A DNA stretch of 64,000 bases from Ptychomitrium polyphyllum (GCA_973851085.1 OZ316775.1:22382001-22446000); one strand, 5' to 3'. Counted from the first letter of the stretch, positions 28,499 to 42,120 are shown. Notes: generated by a model from the sequence alone, not told the origin. Translations and numbers: made by a program.

Positions 28499-28571
28499 GG
28501 ACGTGTCAAGGTAAAAGGTCTCATCCCGGTGTTGTGGATGTTTTACGTGGCAACGTCCGAAGTGGACGTGA
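28499..28571 (+). promoter_or_regulatory. Cluster of ABRE/G-box-type ACGTG motifs
   Basis: ACGTGTC at 28501, ACGTGGC at 28545 and ACGTGA at 28566, in a GC-richer island upstream of the F-box pseudogene. Confidence 0.35.
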
Positions 28572-29781
28572 AATTGCTGATTGGCATTCTGTGGAGGAGC
28601 CCTGGAGGGGTTGGGATATGGAGAAGGCGGGCAGGAAAGGGAAGCGTGGCTGTGGAAGTTCATGGTGAGAAGGCTGGTTTGAGGATCAGCAGCATCATTT
28701 CAGTATGCCGTTTACTTTCTTGGTTGAGCGGCACTTGCGGGTTGCTTGTTAATGTCTGGTAAGAGTGGACTGTTACATGAGCAATGTAGTGTGTGGAGAT
28801 CATCAGGGGTTGATATTTCGGAAGGAGGACATGAAGAGAGCTGCTAGTGGGTTCTTTTCGTACGCCATTGTGTTATAGTCTGTCGCATTCGATATTGGTG
28901 CATCCATTTGTGTTGAGCACTGTGCGTTCAAGAGGTGTTGATTTTGGGCAATGCTGTTCTGATGTAGGGTTATGAAGATTTTCCAGACCTCTCAAGCTAG
29001 CCATGAAAAGTCTGGGCAACAAAGATTAGTATTTCAAGGCACCTTAACTTCCAAGTCGAGAACTGCATGTGGGCTATGGGAACAGAGTATGTCGGCATTG
29101 CATATCTGGAGTGATCGAATCCAGGTTCCTTCGCATTCTGCTCACTCGGCGTGAAGTGAGTTGTTGTTGAGATTGGAGACATTAAGCTGACGAGATGAAA
29201 AGTGGTGAGCATTGTAGCTATCTGTTTTGGCATCTAATTTCCTCTTCTCAGCTAATCTACTGGATGTTTGTAATGAGATTCAAATAGCAAGTATCTTGAG
29301 TCAAAGTTTAACGCGTCATCTCGAAGGAGCATCTGAAGGTTGTATAATTGCGTAGATTATACATAGTTAATGCCAGCGTTTGGCGCCTCAACGTAGTTTA
29401 ATTCTATTCTTTGTTCAAATTACAAGTAATTTCGGAGTTCTTACAGTTGGTTAGAAGTTGTGGAGCTTTTCAATAGGGGAGTCTTTTAATTCTCTATAGT
29501 ACTTATAAACATCCATGTGTCTGCTTGCGGAAGTGTGAACGTCTCGATTTCCGTGAGAACTTTTAAGTTAGTTGAGCAAACTGGTGCCATTCTTATAGAA
29601 ACTGAACACAAAGTGACAATTTGATTCAAATTAGATTACCTTAACTGCAATCTCATATACAGACTAATGTTGATCGTGCACATCGCCTTGCCACAGAGTT
29701 TTATGTTAGATAGGATACTCAATATCCGACAGGTTGGTTTAGGATGCACGGATGTTCGCATTGACTTGTACAGGACGATTT

Positions 29782-31014
29782 ATGGAATGGGTAGCTACCT
29801 TGTGGAGCGGGCTTCCTTTACGAAATCGTAGAGCAAGTGCTGTCTTTCCTGCGAGTGTCAGGCTTGTGCAGGTACCGAATTGTGTGCAAGACATGGAATC
29901 AGCTTATCCAGACCCTAGATTTGGGACTCTACTTGCTCAGAATGCTGCTAAGCAAGATGTATCTTTTATTGTAATGTGCTGTACTTTTGTTTTGAAGGAC
30001 TCTAAGTTGTCTGGAAAGAGTCGTAAAGGATGGTGCTTTTCCGACTTGAATGCAAGGCGATGGTACGCAGTTGAAGATGATGATGCAGAATAACCCCGCA
30101 ACTCTGATTGCATTCTATACCATGCCATCGATGGAGGTCTTGCTTGGCAGCATATCGAAAATGATGTAGAGCTTAGTAATGTGATCATTGTCTAAAATCC
30201 CACGGCAAAGGCTCTAAAAGAATTACCTGATCACATGGATCACTTGACATTTAAGTCCTATGCATATCTGAATCTGGTTGTTGACAGTACTTCTCAGCAA
30301 TTTAATAAGGCTTTCCTCATGTTTCCTGAGATTTTCGAACACCGAAGAATGACTTCGGATGAAAGCTTGAGGATTCAGGGCCCCTTAATGCTTATTTATA
30401 ATTCAGGTACCAATGAACGGCAAAGCTCCACCAATCCATTCTGCTTGTCCTCTCGCTGCATTGGTAAGGTTGACTGCAGTGTCTCGTTTCAAGGCTTTCT
30501 GTACGTATTGTTGGGATATTGGGCAAATCGTAATGAGTATGAGCTCTGGAGATACAACCTTTCAAAGGATGCGTGGGAAAGTGTGACTGTGGACATTGCT
30601 ACGAGCAAGCTCTATTCTCCTACGCATTTTGTGAGCGCCAACCGCTTGTTTGTGATGGCATGGTGGACCGATAGTCCAACTAGTATGCGCTGGGGATTAC
30701 AAGCAAGCGAGATTAGGAACCTTGGTTTCTATCTGGAGAGGTTATTCGAAATTTCAAAAGCATCCGTGATGAAAAGACATTGTGTATCACGTAACCACCT
30801 GAGATACCAAGGCGTGAGCAGGTATTCTCATATAACTGCATCTGGCTTTGGCAACGCTCTGCTGCTCACGTCTAAATTCTCTGGAAAGTTGATGGTGCTC
30901 GACTTGGATACACGCTTGTGGGATCAGTCCCCTGGAGATGGAACTCATCTTCATTTGAACATGTACAACTCCATTAGGAAGCACATGAATCTCATGCGTG
31001 GTGGTTTTGGATAG
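29782..31014 (+). pseudogene. F-box protein pseudogene (F-box plus associated C-terminal domain)
   Basis: WSGLP-[+1 shift ~29817]-YEIVEQVLSFLRVSGLCRYRIVCKTWNQLI-[-1 shift ~29909]-DPRFG is a classical F-box. Downstream DGGL and V*NPTAKALKELP motifs follow. In-frame TAA stops at 30091-30093 and 30193-30195 are in frame with the 259-aa ORF 30235-31014. Confidence 0.85.
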
Positions 31015-32679
31015 TTTTTCGTTCAGCATATATAAGTGTACGACTTGTTGTGATGTGGTGAGATGTCATTGTTACCTGTAAACCATCCCATCTGCTTGCA
31101 CTGAATGATATTGCCATTCCATGCAATAAAGGGTCTAAATCTTTTTAACTAAGCAGGCAGGCTTGTGCTCCACAACCAAGCCGACCTTAACATGTTTGAG
31201 TTTGAGTTTGAATCATATAAATCTGAATCATAGTTCCCTTTCCCCTCTTTCACAAAACACGGTTGGAAACACATATTATTGAGGTGTTGTTTTCTTAAAT
31301 GTATTTCTCAATTAATTATTATACATGAATATTAATATGTCTATTTTTTTTTAATCTTAATTTTTAATTTTGTTTTAAAATTAATTATATGATTCCTTGT
31401 GCATTAATAATATTTAAAAAAAATGTATCACTTTGTATTTTATTGATTTTCAATAGAGCCTCTATAGTGGACTTCATTCTATTGATTAAGCAACTAGTCT
31501 TAAAAATTTCTAAGTAGGATTTATTATAGAATTTTTTATCATTTCACTCTACAATCTTGGAATTTGTCATTTAAAATTTTAGAATAACATCAACTTTGTT
31601 GTTCTTGTAGACTTCCTTCTAACATACTAAAAATTGTGTCCACTTTAAATTGGCCCTTCAAAATGGCCTAAAAGATGCATCATACATATGTATGGAATTC
31701 ATTTATTTCTTTGGTCTTTTGTAAGACTCAAGGTTGACTATATCATCACTATAATTTTCATTGGATGTATCATTGCATAAGAACGTAGTTTAAAACACCT
31801 TTAAATTAGATTCATAAAAATCTTTCTAGAAAAATGTAAGATGGTGAAAAGTTATTAAACCTTAGTGCACTTCCTTTTCAATCAAACGATAAAGCTATAT
31901 TATTAAAAAATGTAATTTTCCTAAATCTCTGCTCAAATATTATAGAATCCTAAAATTAGATATTAGTATGATACTCCGTTGCATTTTTCCAATTGCTCAC
32001 TCTTGACAATATTCTTCCAAAATGCTTTTATAGACACTCAAAATATGTGCATGTACAAATTGACCATAAAAGTGCTACAAATCAAAATACTCATATAAAA
32101 TAAGACAATCACAAAGTAGACTCTTAGCCCTCGACATGATGACGCTAGCAACAGCATAGTGAATTATAATGCTTTGCAACGTGCATTTGCAAAATATGAT
32201 TTTTGTTAAAAAGGCTTGGACCTCACCAACCCTGTCTGTCTCCAAAATCTTTCTGCGTGAGATTGAACAAGGACATCTCCAATTGACAAAACAAAACAGA
32301 AGGATAGACGTTCAGATACAGAGGCCCAGTGTGAGCAACTCTCAGCATTGGCACGCAATCTCCACACAACCTAATTGCAGCTCCAAACACAGATCTTGTT
32401 TCGGTGCATGCGGTAAATGATGCGGGGTTAACGCCAATCTTAAAGTCAGCCAGAGGATGCAATCCAACACCATCAATACATCCAACATCAACTACTTCCG
32501 ACACACAAGCCTATCTTCGAAATATTTAAACACCATAGATACTGCGGGTTCAGGTTCGGTGGAGCTCTCTCAGAGGGTGCGTCCCTGAGTACCATCTGGA
32601 ATCCGAGCCATGAAAATATGACAGCCTCGGCCTGTTCCAACGGAACCATGGATGAAAGTAGATTTCTTCCGATGCGCGG

Positions 32680-32722
32680 GCGCCAAATCACGAATGAACA
32701 TCATCCGTGGATGAAACCCTAA
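32680..32722. promoter_or_regulatory. E2F-like site (TTTGGCGC on minus strand, 32680-32687) and telo-box (AAACCCTAA, 32714-32722) upstream of the ARGLU1-like gene
   Basis: Exact motif matches in a CpG-rich island ~0.5 kb before probable 5'UTR exons. Confidence 0.35.
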
Positions 32723-34213
32723 GGGCGAAGGTGCAGGGGGGCTAGAATAGTGGCACCAGAAGAAAGCCGCGACTTCGAGTCTGTGTTCGAAGCCCCCTTG
32801 GAGGCCCTTGGTGACGAACCCAGCACGTTACCTGCTGCTGTTGCTTCAGGGTTTTGCCTCTGCATCCATGCTCTCTCTTTTCACCTCTAATGCATATTCC
32901 CCTCTCGTAACATCCAACTCCCTCGAAGGCTGCGGCTTTCGCTTCTTGGTGCGCCTCTCTCCTCTCTCTTGAAAGTTCTCAACTTTCCGTGTGTCAATTG
33001 GGGTTCCACCTTCATTAGCGCTGGTAAGGGTAGCACGCACTCGCTGCTCAGGTGCTGGTGGCCTTGTTTAGTAGCGCTACTACCCTCATACCAGGCTCTT
33101 AATGATTCACCATCTCTGCCTCTGTCATGAAAGTTGTCATCTTTCTGTGTCAATTGGGGTTTCAACAACAGTGTAACACTGTTATCTCTTCTTGCGGTTC
33201 TTTTTCTGTTTCTGGTTTCTTGCGCTTCTATGCAGATCGACTATTGTGCAGGGATGGGGCTACAACGTTGTCAGGTTCGTTCGTAGAGCTGGCATGCGTG
33301 TGCTTGCGCGCCTGAGTTGGCGATGTAAAAGTGTATGTAAGTTATGGTGATTTGTGAACGTGTTTTTTTGGTTTGGATAGGACTTTTTAAACAACTGTGT
33401 TTGTGGTGATTACAGGTTTTCAAATTGGGCGAGTATCAGAAGAGAGCGAAATTGCGCTGTTTCGAATTTAAGGTAAGGTTCCACATCGAGATACCCCTTT
33501 TTTTTCCCCCCGGTTTGTGAGGATTCAGTCATGTTTTGAGGCATTGGAGTATCAAATTAGGTAGTTCTGGTTTGTTGAAACATTTCAATGCTATGCTTGA
33601 TCCTGGTATTGGTTGCGAACAAGCCAAGGCTAAGAGGATTTTTAAGCTCTTGAGGGTTAGGTATTGAAGTTTTCAAATGACTTATGATTTCGTGTTCAGA
33701 TTATGCGATGTTCGGGTTTGCTTGTCGTGCCATCAATAGTTTTGTTTTTTCTCATCTTTATTCAGTTCCGTAGATCCGTAATTTGGACCTTTGGTTATGA
33801 GTTTTCCATATAGAAGATTTGGGTAGCTGACATAGGTCGAGAAGGGTCTCGCAGCTGCTGTATGCAGTGCAATGAGTGGGCTGATGGACGCCAGAAGCCA
33901 AAGATCGTCTTTTTGCACATCTGAATTCTTGGCTGGCTGTTGAAGATGCTACTGGTTGGTCGATTAGCAGGAAATCGCACAGAATTGTAATTGAGCGTTG
34001 TGGGACTTTGGAAGATGCAATGTTAGGTTTCCTCTCGTCCTTGGTACTTTTGAAATGTTTTAGTTTCTCAGTCTAGTCTCAGCTCATTCGATTTTTTGCA
34101 ATGGGTGCAGATTTACAGGGAGCAGAGCTTGAGAGATTGAGTATTTTGGTGCAGGACTGATTGACGGGAGGTTAGGTAGTCGTATAATATTTGACTTGAG
34201 CAGCAGGTAAGGG

Positions 34214-36937
34214 ATGCCTCGATCAATATCTAGGTCGAGGTCCCCGCCTCGCAAGGGGCGGCACCGGTCATCTGCACGATCCCCATCGCCTGCGAGCCAC
34301 CGTCACAGCACTAGACGGAGGAGGGAGTCCTATAGAAGCCGATCACCAGTGCATCATGGTCACAGCAGGTGTGTTACAGTGAGCAAACAATGGGCTCTTC
34401 ATGCAGTTGTTGTTGGGCTAGAAACAGCCATGAGAGAGTCTGATAAGTTTGTCAGAAAGAAATGAGTATTATGAGCCTGTAAAGTTGTTGAGAAAAGAAA
34501 AGAGTATGAGAATGAGGTGGGAACAGACGTGCTCGAAAGGGATGATGATGATGATGTGCATGGAAGGAGGGGGTTTTCATGCTGTTGCTGCCTGGAGAAA
34601 AGCTGGAAGGCTTTGGGAAGGTCCTCAGTTCAGGAACCTTCCAATCGCTTCTGATGTATCGCCGCCCTCTTCCCTCTGGTAACCGTACCATAGATGTGCC
34701 TGCCATCCTGTGTTGCTTTCTACTTCGGCGCGCTTTGTCACATGTAGGTCAATAATTTCCCGAGTTGGTCTCATCATTTAAGGGTATTTTCGCAGAGGGG
34801 GTGTACAAGTTCAATTGGGGTGTCGAGGTCCGATTCCTGATGACTTAACAAATATAACTCTCCCAGCTTTGGGGGACTACTACTGATAGATGGACTTTGG
34901 TACAGTTATATCTTCACAATAAAGTCTTGAAGATTCGTTGAAGCTGGTCAGGTCCATGTTAGAATATGGATAATCTAGACACAGGAAGTATGCCTTCTGG
35001 CAACCGAGAGAGAGTAGCACGTTATATATCTGACTAGGCATAATGTTGCTGACAGGCACAGGAGTCGGACGCCAACTCCTAGGCGATCAAAGCGGCGTAG
35101 TCGTACACGATCACCAGTTAGATCTCGAAGCACAAGCCCAGTAGCTGTTGAACGAAGACGAGCCTTTGATAAGGCTCGGGAAGATGAAGAGCTTGAGAAG
35201 AGAAGGTAATGCCACACTCAGTCTAGAAGTACCATGTTCGCCATGAACAAACAAAGGTTCCTGTGTTCTACGGCCAGAGATCTGGTCTCTGTGAACGTTC
35301 TTGTAACCATGCTTGAAGGTGGTCTCGTATAAACCTATACGTGGCTTCCTACCCTCCACATTGTGAACAGAATTTATCAAGTTCATTTCACGTGGACGTG
35401 TCTGGCATGGTTACTTGTACTCACGAAGATTGGCGTTTTTACCCTCATGGACAAGATGTGTCCAAATAAAAAGAAAATCTGGAAACCTTAAGGATATACT
35501 TCTCATTATTTATTTGCTCGGATTCTAATCAAATTGCTGATGTTAACAGGGGAAGTAACATGGAAGAGAATCAGCCAAGTAACTTTGCCAAAATAACGGC
35601 AATTTTTCATGGTTAACATTGCTAGAAAGGATGGGTTAGTTTTCCATCGCAGTCAAAGTGTGTAGTGGAAGTGACGCCATGTGGTGAGACTTTTCTCCTG
35701 GTCCATGGCAGTGTCAAGTGTGGCTGTCATTCGAATCAGTATTTAGCATGTCTCGCACACGTCACGTTGTCCTTCACAGTGAATGTGTATAGGTTCTTAT
35801 TGTCCTCGGTTGTTGAGTGGAGGATATTTTTCAGCTGCCTCTTCGAATTGAGCTTGTTTGTCACCTTTGGGTGTTCCATGTGTCTCGATTCTTTTGTCGC
35901 AGTATATTCGAACCTGGACTCGTGCAACATACTTCAGGTTATGTATCAGTTTTGTGTGGTTTCTGTCTGCTTTCACATTGACTTTTCTTGGAAACAATCA
36001 GTGTTCTGTTGAATGCTAGCTCATGCCCACAGTATGTTTCACTACCGTATGGGGCACTGTTTATAAATTATCGCTGTCTCATTGTTACTGACTTTGTTTA
36101 CTTTATTTACAGGCGGCAGCAAGAGGCTGAAACAAAAGTCATTGAGGAAGAATCTGCAAAAAGAATAGAGGAAGCTATTCGAAAGAAGGTGCACGATGCC
36201 TTGCACTCTGAAGAGTTTAAGAATGAGATGGAATTGAAAATACAGGAGGGTAGGAAAAAAATCATTGATGACATTGCAGCTCAGCTTGAGAGGGAAAAGG
36301 AGGAAGCACTTGCTGAAGCCAGAAGGAAGGAGGTACAGTATTACAATCCTGCTGTTACTGTTATTTTACTGTTACTATTACCAAACATTTCTCTGTAACA
36401 TTCTTTGTATTCTATGTTGGCCATTTGTTTGCAGCTGTTTAACAGTCGGCTGTTGTCTAATTACGCTACATAGATTATCAGATTCATTTTACATGTACGA
36501 GTCAAAGTATTATTACCTGGATTACTTGTATGCCTTATTGACCTAGTTGTAGTGCAATGATCTTGTAGAAACATCTTCATACCAGATTGTTGCAGTCTGT
36601 AGGCTACGTCCAAAAAGGCAGTGAATTTGCGTAAGGCTGTTTCTCACTGTATCCACATTGTATACTGCAGGAAGAGAAAAAGAAGGAAAAGGAACAATTA
36701 GAACAGATGCTTGAAGAGAATCGTCGGAAAATAGAAGAAGCTCAAAGACGAGCAGCTGAAGAGCAAGCCAGGAAGGAAGAAGAACGTTATCGAGAGTTGG
36801 AGGCTTTACAACGGCAAAAGGAAGAGTCTCTTCGAAGGAAAAAGTTGGAAGAAGAGCAAGGACGAGCAGAGCAGATGAAAATTTTAGGCAAAAAAAACAC
36901 CCGTCCGAAGCTATCGTTTGCTCTTGGGTTCAAGTGA
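34214..36937 (+). CDS. ARGLU1: Arginine/glutamate-rich protein 1-like (ARGLU1/UPF0430 family); exons 34214-34368, 35056-35205, 36113-36332, 36671-36937
   Basis: RS-rich N-terminus MPRSISRSRSPPRK..., coiled coil RRQQEAETKVIEEESAKRIEEAIRKKV...MLEENRRKIEEAQRRAAEEQ, and the family C-terminus QMKILGKKNTRPKLSFALGFK*. GT-AG junctions are in frame. Confidence 0.92.
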
Positions 36938-37485
36938 CATGAGATGTTATTGCGTCGCAGCGAGTGTGATGTGTATGCTTTACATGGTTTATTTGTTAAC
37001 GTAGGGTGTGTGCCATTGTTTGAGGAGGCGCTAATGTGGTAGATATAGGAAGTTGCTATAGCCAGGTATAGACAAATAGGATAGAAAAAGTTATTTTGAA
37101 GAAATACTCATTGTCAAGCATATTCTTGTTTTTTTTTAACGCTAATTATTTTGCCTTTTAGTCCAGTGTTTTGGTTCTGTCTTCCTTACGAGAGATTACG
37201 CAGAAAGTTTACGAACATGAGATGTCATTTGGATTTCAATTCAAACGACAGGGTAAAGTTATTTGGAAATTCATCCTGTTTACTTCTGAAAAGTAGATGA
37301 GCGACTCAGAAAGTGGATGAGCGACAGACACATGCATTGAAATATGTGTGCCAATAAAAGGGGTAAGACTTTTTGGCATTGAAGGAGGCGCTCTAATCAT
37401 AAACTCAACCAACATTGTGACATTCTTCCTAGACTCCATAACATTATTTAGTTAAGGTAATTGAGTACTCTAGAATCATAGGAGC

Positions 37486-37940
37486 TGTTACAAAGTGTGA
37501 AACATATAATGTAATTCTAGGTGAAGTATCCTTGTATAGGACTAGAGCTTGATATGTTGCTAATGGTCAAAGGGGTGTGAAGAAAGAGGCCATAGGGGAT
37601 ATGGAGGCTAGAATTAAGAAATAGCAACAAGAGTTTTGAATGGCGACTAGGGTTAGGGCGGCCGTTAGAGTTAGGGTGGCGGCTACGGCGGCTAGGATTT
37701 AGGGTTAGCCGCCACATGTCATTTATATAGTGGAGGCAAATGCATGGCCGCCAAGTGGCACCCTTTGGTGGATGACTCTCAAGTATAAGTAAAGGGATTT
37801 TGGAAGTGGGAGTCATCTTGTTCCACACTTCTCTTGTTGCAACTTTGTTCTCTCTCTTCTTGCTTATTGTACTAGCTTTTTTGCATTTCTTTAATAGGAG
37901 CTTCTATTCCTTTATTTAAAAACTATATTTGGTATCAAAG
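37486..37940 (+). mobile_element. LTR-like fragment with adjacent PBS and telomere-like internal repeats
   Basis: Starts tgttaca and contains TAGGGTT-type repeats (37647-37708), a TATA-like tataagta and a CT-rich tract. Followed by tggtatcaaag (tRNA-iMet PBS-like) at ~37930, then AT-rich decay. Confidence 0.5.
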
Positions 37941-37949
37941 GAAGAATTA

Positions 37950-40900
37950 TTAAAAAAGATGTTATTACTGTTATGTTAGTAATCCCTTGGGAGACAAGTG
38001 TTTTATTTATCTAAAATATGTATTTTGTTAAAATTTCAAGTGTAAAATATAAAATTTTGACCAAGCCAAATTTATATTGTCTTTTATTAAAAGAATGACC
38101 TTATAAAAATGAAGTCACTTTAAAAACAATATTCTAAATTGAAAACATGTCATTTTAGACTCATTTTAATAACATTTATGTAAAGAATTTTAATGTTTTG
38201 TATACTTTAGAATTTTATAATAAAATATTGGTAACAACATTATTGAAAAGTTGTATGGATAGAATCCAAAATTCAAATCATAAGATTTTTGTTTATACAT
38301 CTTCTCCAAAATATCCCTTCAAATGTTTTTTCTTATCAGTTTATTTCAAATTTTCATATGGAAAATGAAGGACTTTATACATTTGAACAATTTGTTGACT
38401 ATAGGAAATTTATTGTGTTATTAGAATATACTATAGAAATAAGCAAGTTGAACTTGGAAGGGAAGAAAGAATGAAGTTATATACTTACAATTGAAATTAA
38501 TTATTTTAAATTAATTTTTGGTTTGTACATACAAGTGATTTAAAATTTTCCAACTTTTCATTGAAATTGTTCCAATTGTAGAGTACAAAAGAATGTTGGT
38601 GGAACATATTTATTTTAATTAACTTGAAGTAGCAACCCTTTAAATTGATATTTTTTTTCATTTTTTATATCTTTTATATGATCATACATTTTTAATTTGC
38701 TCACAAATCTAACTTTTGTTTTCAATTTCTACATCTTTTATATAATCATGTATTTTTTCTTTTGAATAAACTCTCATTATATTTTAAATGAGGCTTTTTG
38801 TAGCATGCCATTGTAAATCATTAAATGAAAATTATGATACTTTTGAAAAACTTATTGTTATTTTAAGGATCAATCATACTTAATTAATATGTTAAAGTAA
38901 TAACTAATTCAACATTTTATGATGTAACCTTCAAATTCCAATGTGTTATTAGATATTATATGACATATTCAATTATGAATCTACAACTAAAATTCTTTGT
39001 TATAAATTTTCTAAGAATCTTCATATATATAGTATAAATAACATGTAAGGCATTATATGGTTCATTAAATTTAATGAAAATCTTCAAAGTAAAAGATGTA
39101 ATTGTGTTTAAAAAATTTGATTTTCATCAAGGAGTAAAGTATGAAAAAATGGTTTAAAATTTATTCAAAATTCAAAAAAGATAGTTTTTATTTGATTGAC
39201 AAAAAAAATGTACAACCTTTTCTTTTAGCTATTAATTACTATAGTTGGAACATGATTATTTCTACATCATAGGAGGTAGATAATCTACTAAATATATGAG
39301 CACATTCAAAATTACATCAAATCAAAAGTGAAGATGAAACTCAAAATGGTAAAATATAGAGAAGGCAAGTGAATTTTGTGTAAATTACGGCCAAGGAATA
39401 TCCTTTCCAATATCCATTAAAAAGAACTTCCTTCCAGACATAAAGAACTCTCTCATAATTTAGTGTTAAATAGGCACACATCAACCAATACTACCACTAA
39501 TAGTCCTTGTTGTGGTGAGGTATGGGATGAAAAAGATAAGACAACAACCTTGTTAATTTAGAAAAAGCTCTAATAAAATATATTGGTTATAAATTTTTAC
39601 AAAAAGTTTCAAATAAGAACTGAAATAGGAACTGAAAATATTTCATGAATTCTTTGGAAACATGTTCCAGAAATTTTCACAAAGCTATTTTGTAATGAGC
39701 CTTGCTGCAGGCATACCTGCATCCCAAATTCATGACTCTGTCATAAGTTACATGCAGTCTGAACTTTGAATTAGGCTACACATTAAGGGGGCACTCTGGT
39801 AGCTGGGAGTCCTGAAAAGAGGGCATTGCCATTTCCATACAGTATAATAATGTAATTATTGTTAATGAACCGCAAAAGTTATTATCAGATCATACGCATA
39901 AATAAAAAGTAACTTCAATCCACTTTTGACGTTATGTCAATAAGGCATAAAGTGTTTAGTAGAGGTCAATGTAGTATCACAACTTATAGTTTGATATTTG
40001 AATGTGGTACATCTTTAAAATCTTAACTATAATGATTACCTGTATAATAAATATTCCAAACTATTGCTGTAAACTTCAAGGTTTTATTATTATAAAAGCT
40101 AGACAAATATCTAAAGTTATGTTATTTCCTAATATTCATATTTCTTCAAAATGTGTTATCTTTTTTTTAATCCATAACAACATATCCATTATAATAGGAC
40201 AAAATGACAATTTTATGACCATATAGGATTCACACTAGTTATAAATAACATTGACAACTACTAGCATTTCATTTCTATTAGATCCATATCAATCCTTCAA
40301 ATCATGCCCAAATGATGCACATCTTTGACAATAATTGTGCTTAATAAATGAATTTTCATACAATTGTCCTTATGTGCGACTTTTAACAATATCACTATTA
40401 ATTGATTTAGATACTGTATTTAATACTATTGTGCACAAACTTTGCTTGCCTCAGAGTGGTAATGGAGAATAAACTTGGGCACATTGAAAAATATATTTTT
40501 ATAGTCTAATGACTACTCCATCTTCCAAATGGTTTATACATTTCTTTACTATTTTGATGTTAGTATTGTGGTAATGAAGTATAAGGAATTTCCAAATTTT
40601 ATTGAAATAGTTCAAATGTTATAACATTCTCTTGGATTTTGGAATGTTAAGGCCAGATGAGAAAATTTTACATTCCTAAAAGAGTTTCAAATCTACCATT
40701 AAAGGCATTGCATATTAATCCAAGCTTAAAATCATAATCAATTTTGTTGAAATCAACTAATAAAAAAATGTAAATATAAATAAGATTAATATTCCAAAAA
40801 AAATTCATATTACAAATGTTCCAAAAATTACCAAGATACATATTTATCTATATATAAAATGTTCTTAATGAATTTACATCCAAAATTATATTCCATGGAT

Positions 40901-42120
40901 TTTTAAATTGCATCATATATTAGAACTTTATTGTAAGACTCTTAATAAAAGTTATTCATATGACAATAAACATCAACAATAGATACTTCCATCTTTGCTA
41001 TATAATATGAAATTTCATAGAATTTTAGGTTGTAATATTTGCATACTTATTAAATTCATTCAAAATATTCAATATGATGGACAAACAAATATATCCATTA
41101 AGTCCACAATTGTCCAAATACTATCAAAATAAAATCCATGACCATAAGCAAATTATTGATTTCTATGGATGAATCTTCTTCTTAGCAAACACAATGGTTC
41201 CATTTCAAAACAACAACATTTAGTCATCTAAAAGATAATTAATTATTTAAACTTTAAGCACTATTATAACTTCAAACAAGCTTAAACTCCTGTTTATTAA
41301 TATAAATGTGAATATCAATTTCTATTAACTAAAGAAAATACACCACACCAAATTATAATGCATATGTAATATTTAAACCATTGACCCAAGACAAAATTCT
41401 GTCCATAACTACATGAATTTAGAAACTACCAATTTCAAGCTTTATACACAAAAACTTGACAAAACGTAATCCATTCATCAAACTGTAATCTTTTATTGGA
41501 TTAAGCTTATAAATATATATTTTTGGCTTGAGGCTATTTTATTCACATTGCTTTCTTCTCTAGATGCATTTGAAGAAGAAAAACAATCTATATAGAATTC
41601 TTAACAATTAAAAAACCACTTTGGCTAAGTATTGTAATAGCAAAGATCACTTTGGCTAAGTATTGTAGTAGCAAAGATCACCAAGATTGTTCATTCTAAA
41701 CATTCAAGGCAACTTTATAATCCTAATGGCGTTTAAATGATTAGTTGCATGTCAAATGTCTAATATAGCAGTGTCTAACACTAGATAAAAAGTATTTTGA
41801 TATGTGGTCAACTATTCTAACCAAGATAAAAGAGTATGCACAAAATACAAGAAACGGACAAACTAGGTATGTCTAACTCATTGAGTATTTAAACCTTCAA
41901 GTCTAAGATTTATATGGAGGAGTTGCAAACATAAAGGCTCCCTTACTTGATCACAAACAATCCATCACATTAAACTTTAAAAAAACTAATCATAATGCAT
42001 TTGAACATTGTATCCAATTCTGAAAATTGCACAACGATAATCAAACAAATGAAAACATATTGCCCATTGATTATGGCACTTCAAGAACATTCCTAAAAAA
42101 CAAGTTATAAGAACGTCCCA
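37950..42120. mobile_element. AT-rich, CpG-depleted decayed TE DNA; possible second MULE-like relic on the minus strand (~40000-41200)
   Basis: Composition matches 10.5-28 kb. Minus-strand fragments AYGHGFYFDS..GLNGY and YSNSLEY weakly resemble MULE DxTxxxN and TxNxxE motifs. Confidence 0.35.
41618..41682. repeat. 31-bp tandem duplication
   Basis: cactttggctaagtattgtaatagcaaagat / cactttggctaagtattgtagtagcaaagat cac. Confidence 0.9.

Noticed and set aside
32169..33315. Short ORFs upstream of the ARGLU1-like gene
   Set aside because: No recognisable domain; consistent with a CpG-rich promoter or 5'UTR. A 15-bp direct repeat gtgtcaattggggtt (~32991 and ~33147) was too short to interpret.
34540..34655. 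C/D-box snoRNA (ATGATGA...CTGA) in ARGLU1 intron 1
   Set aside because: The C-box comes from a (GAT)n microsatellite; no terminal stem or recognisable rRNA antisense element.
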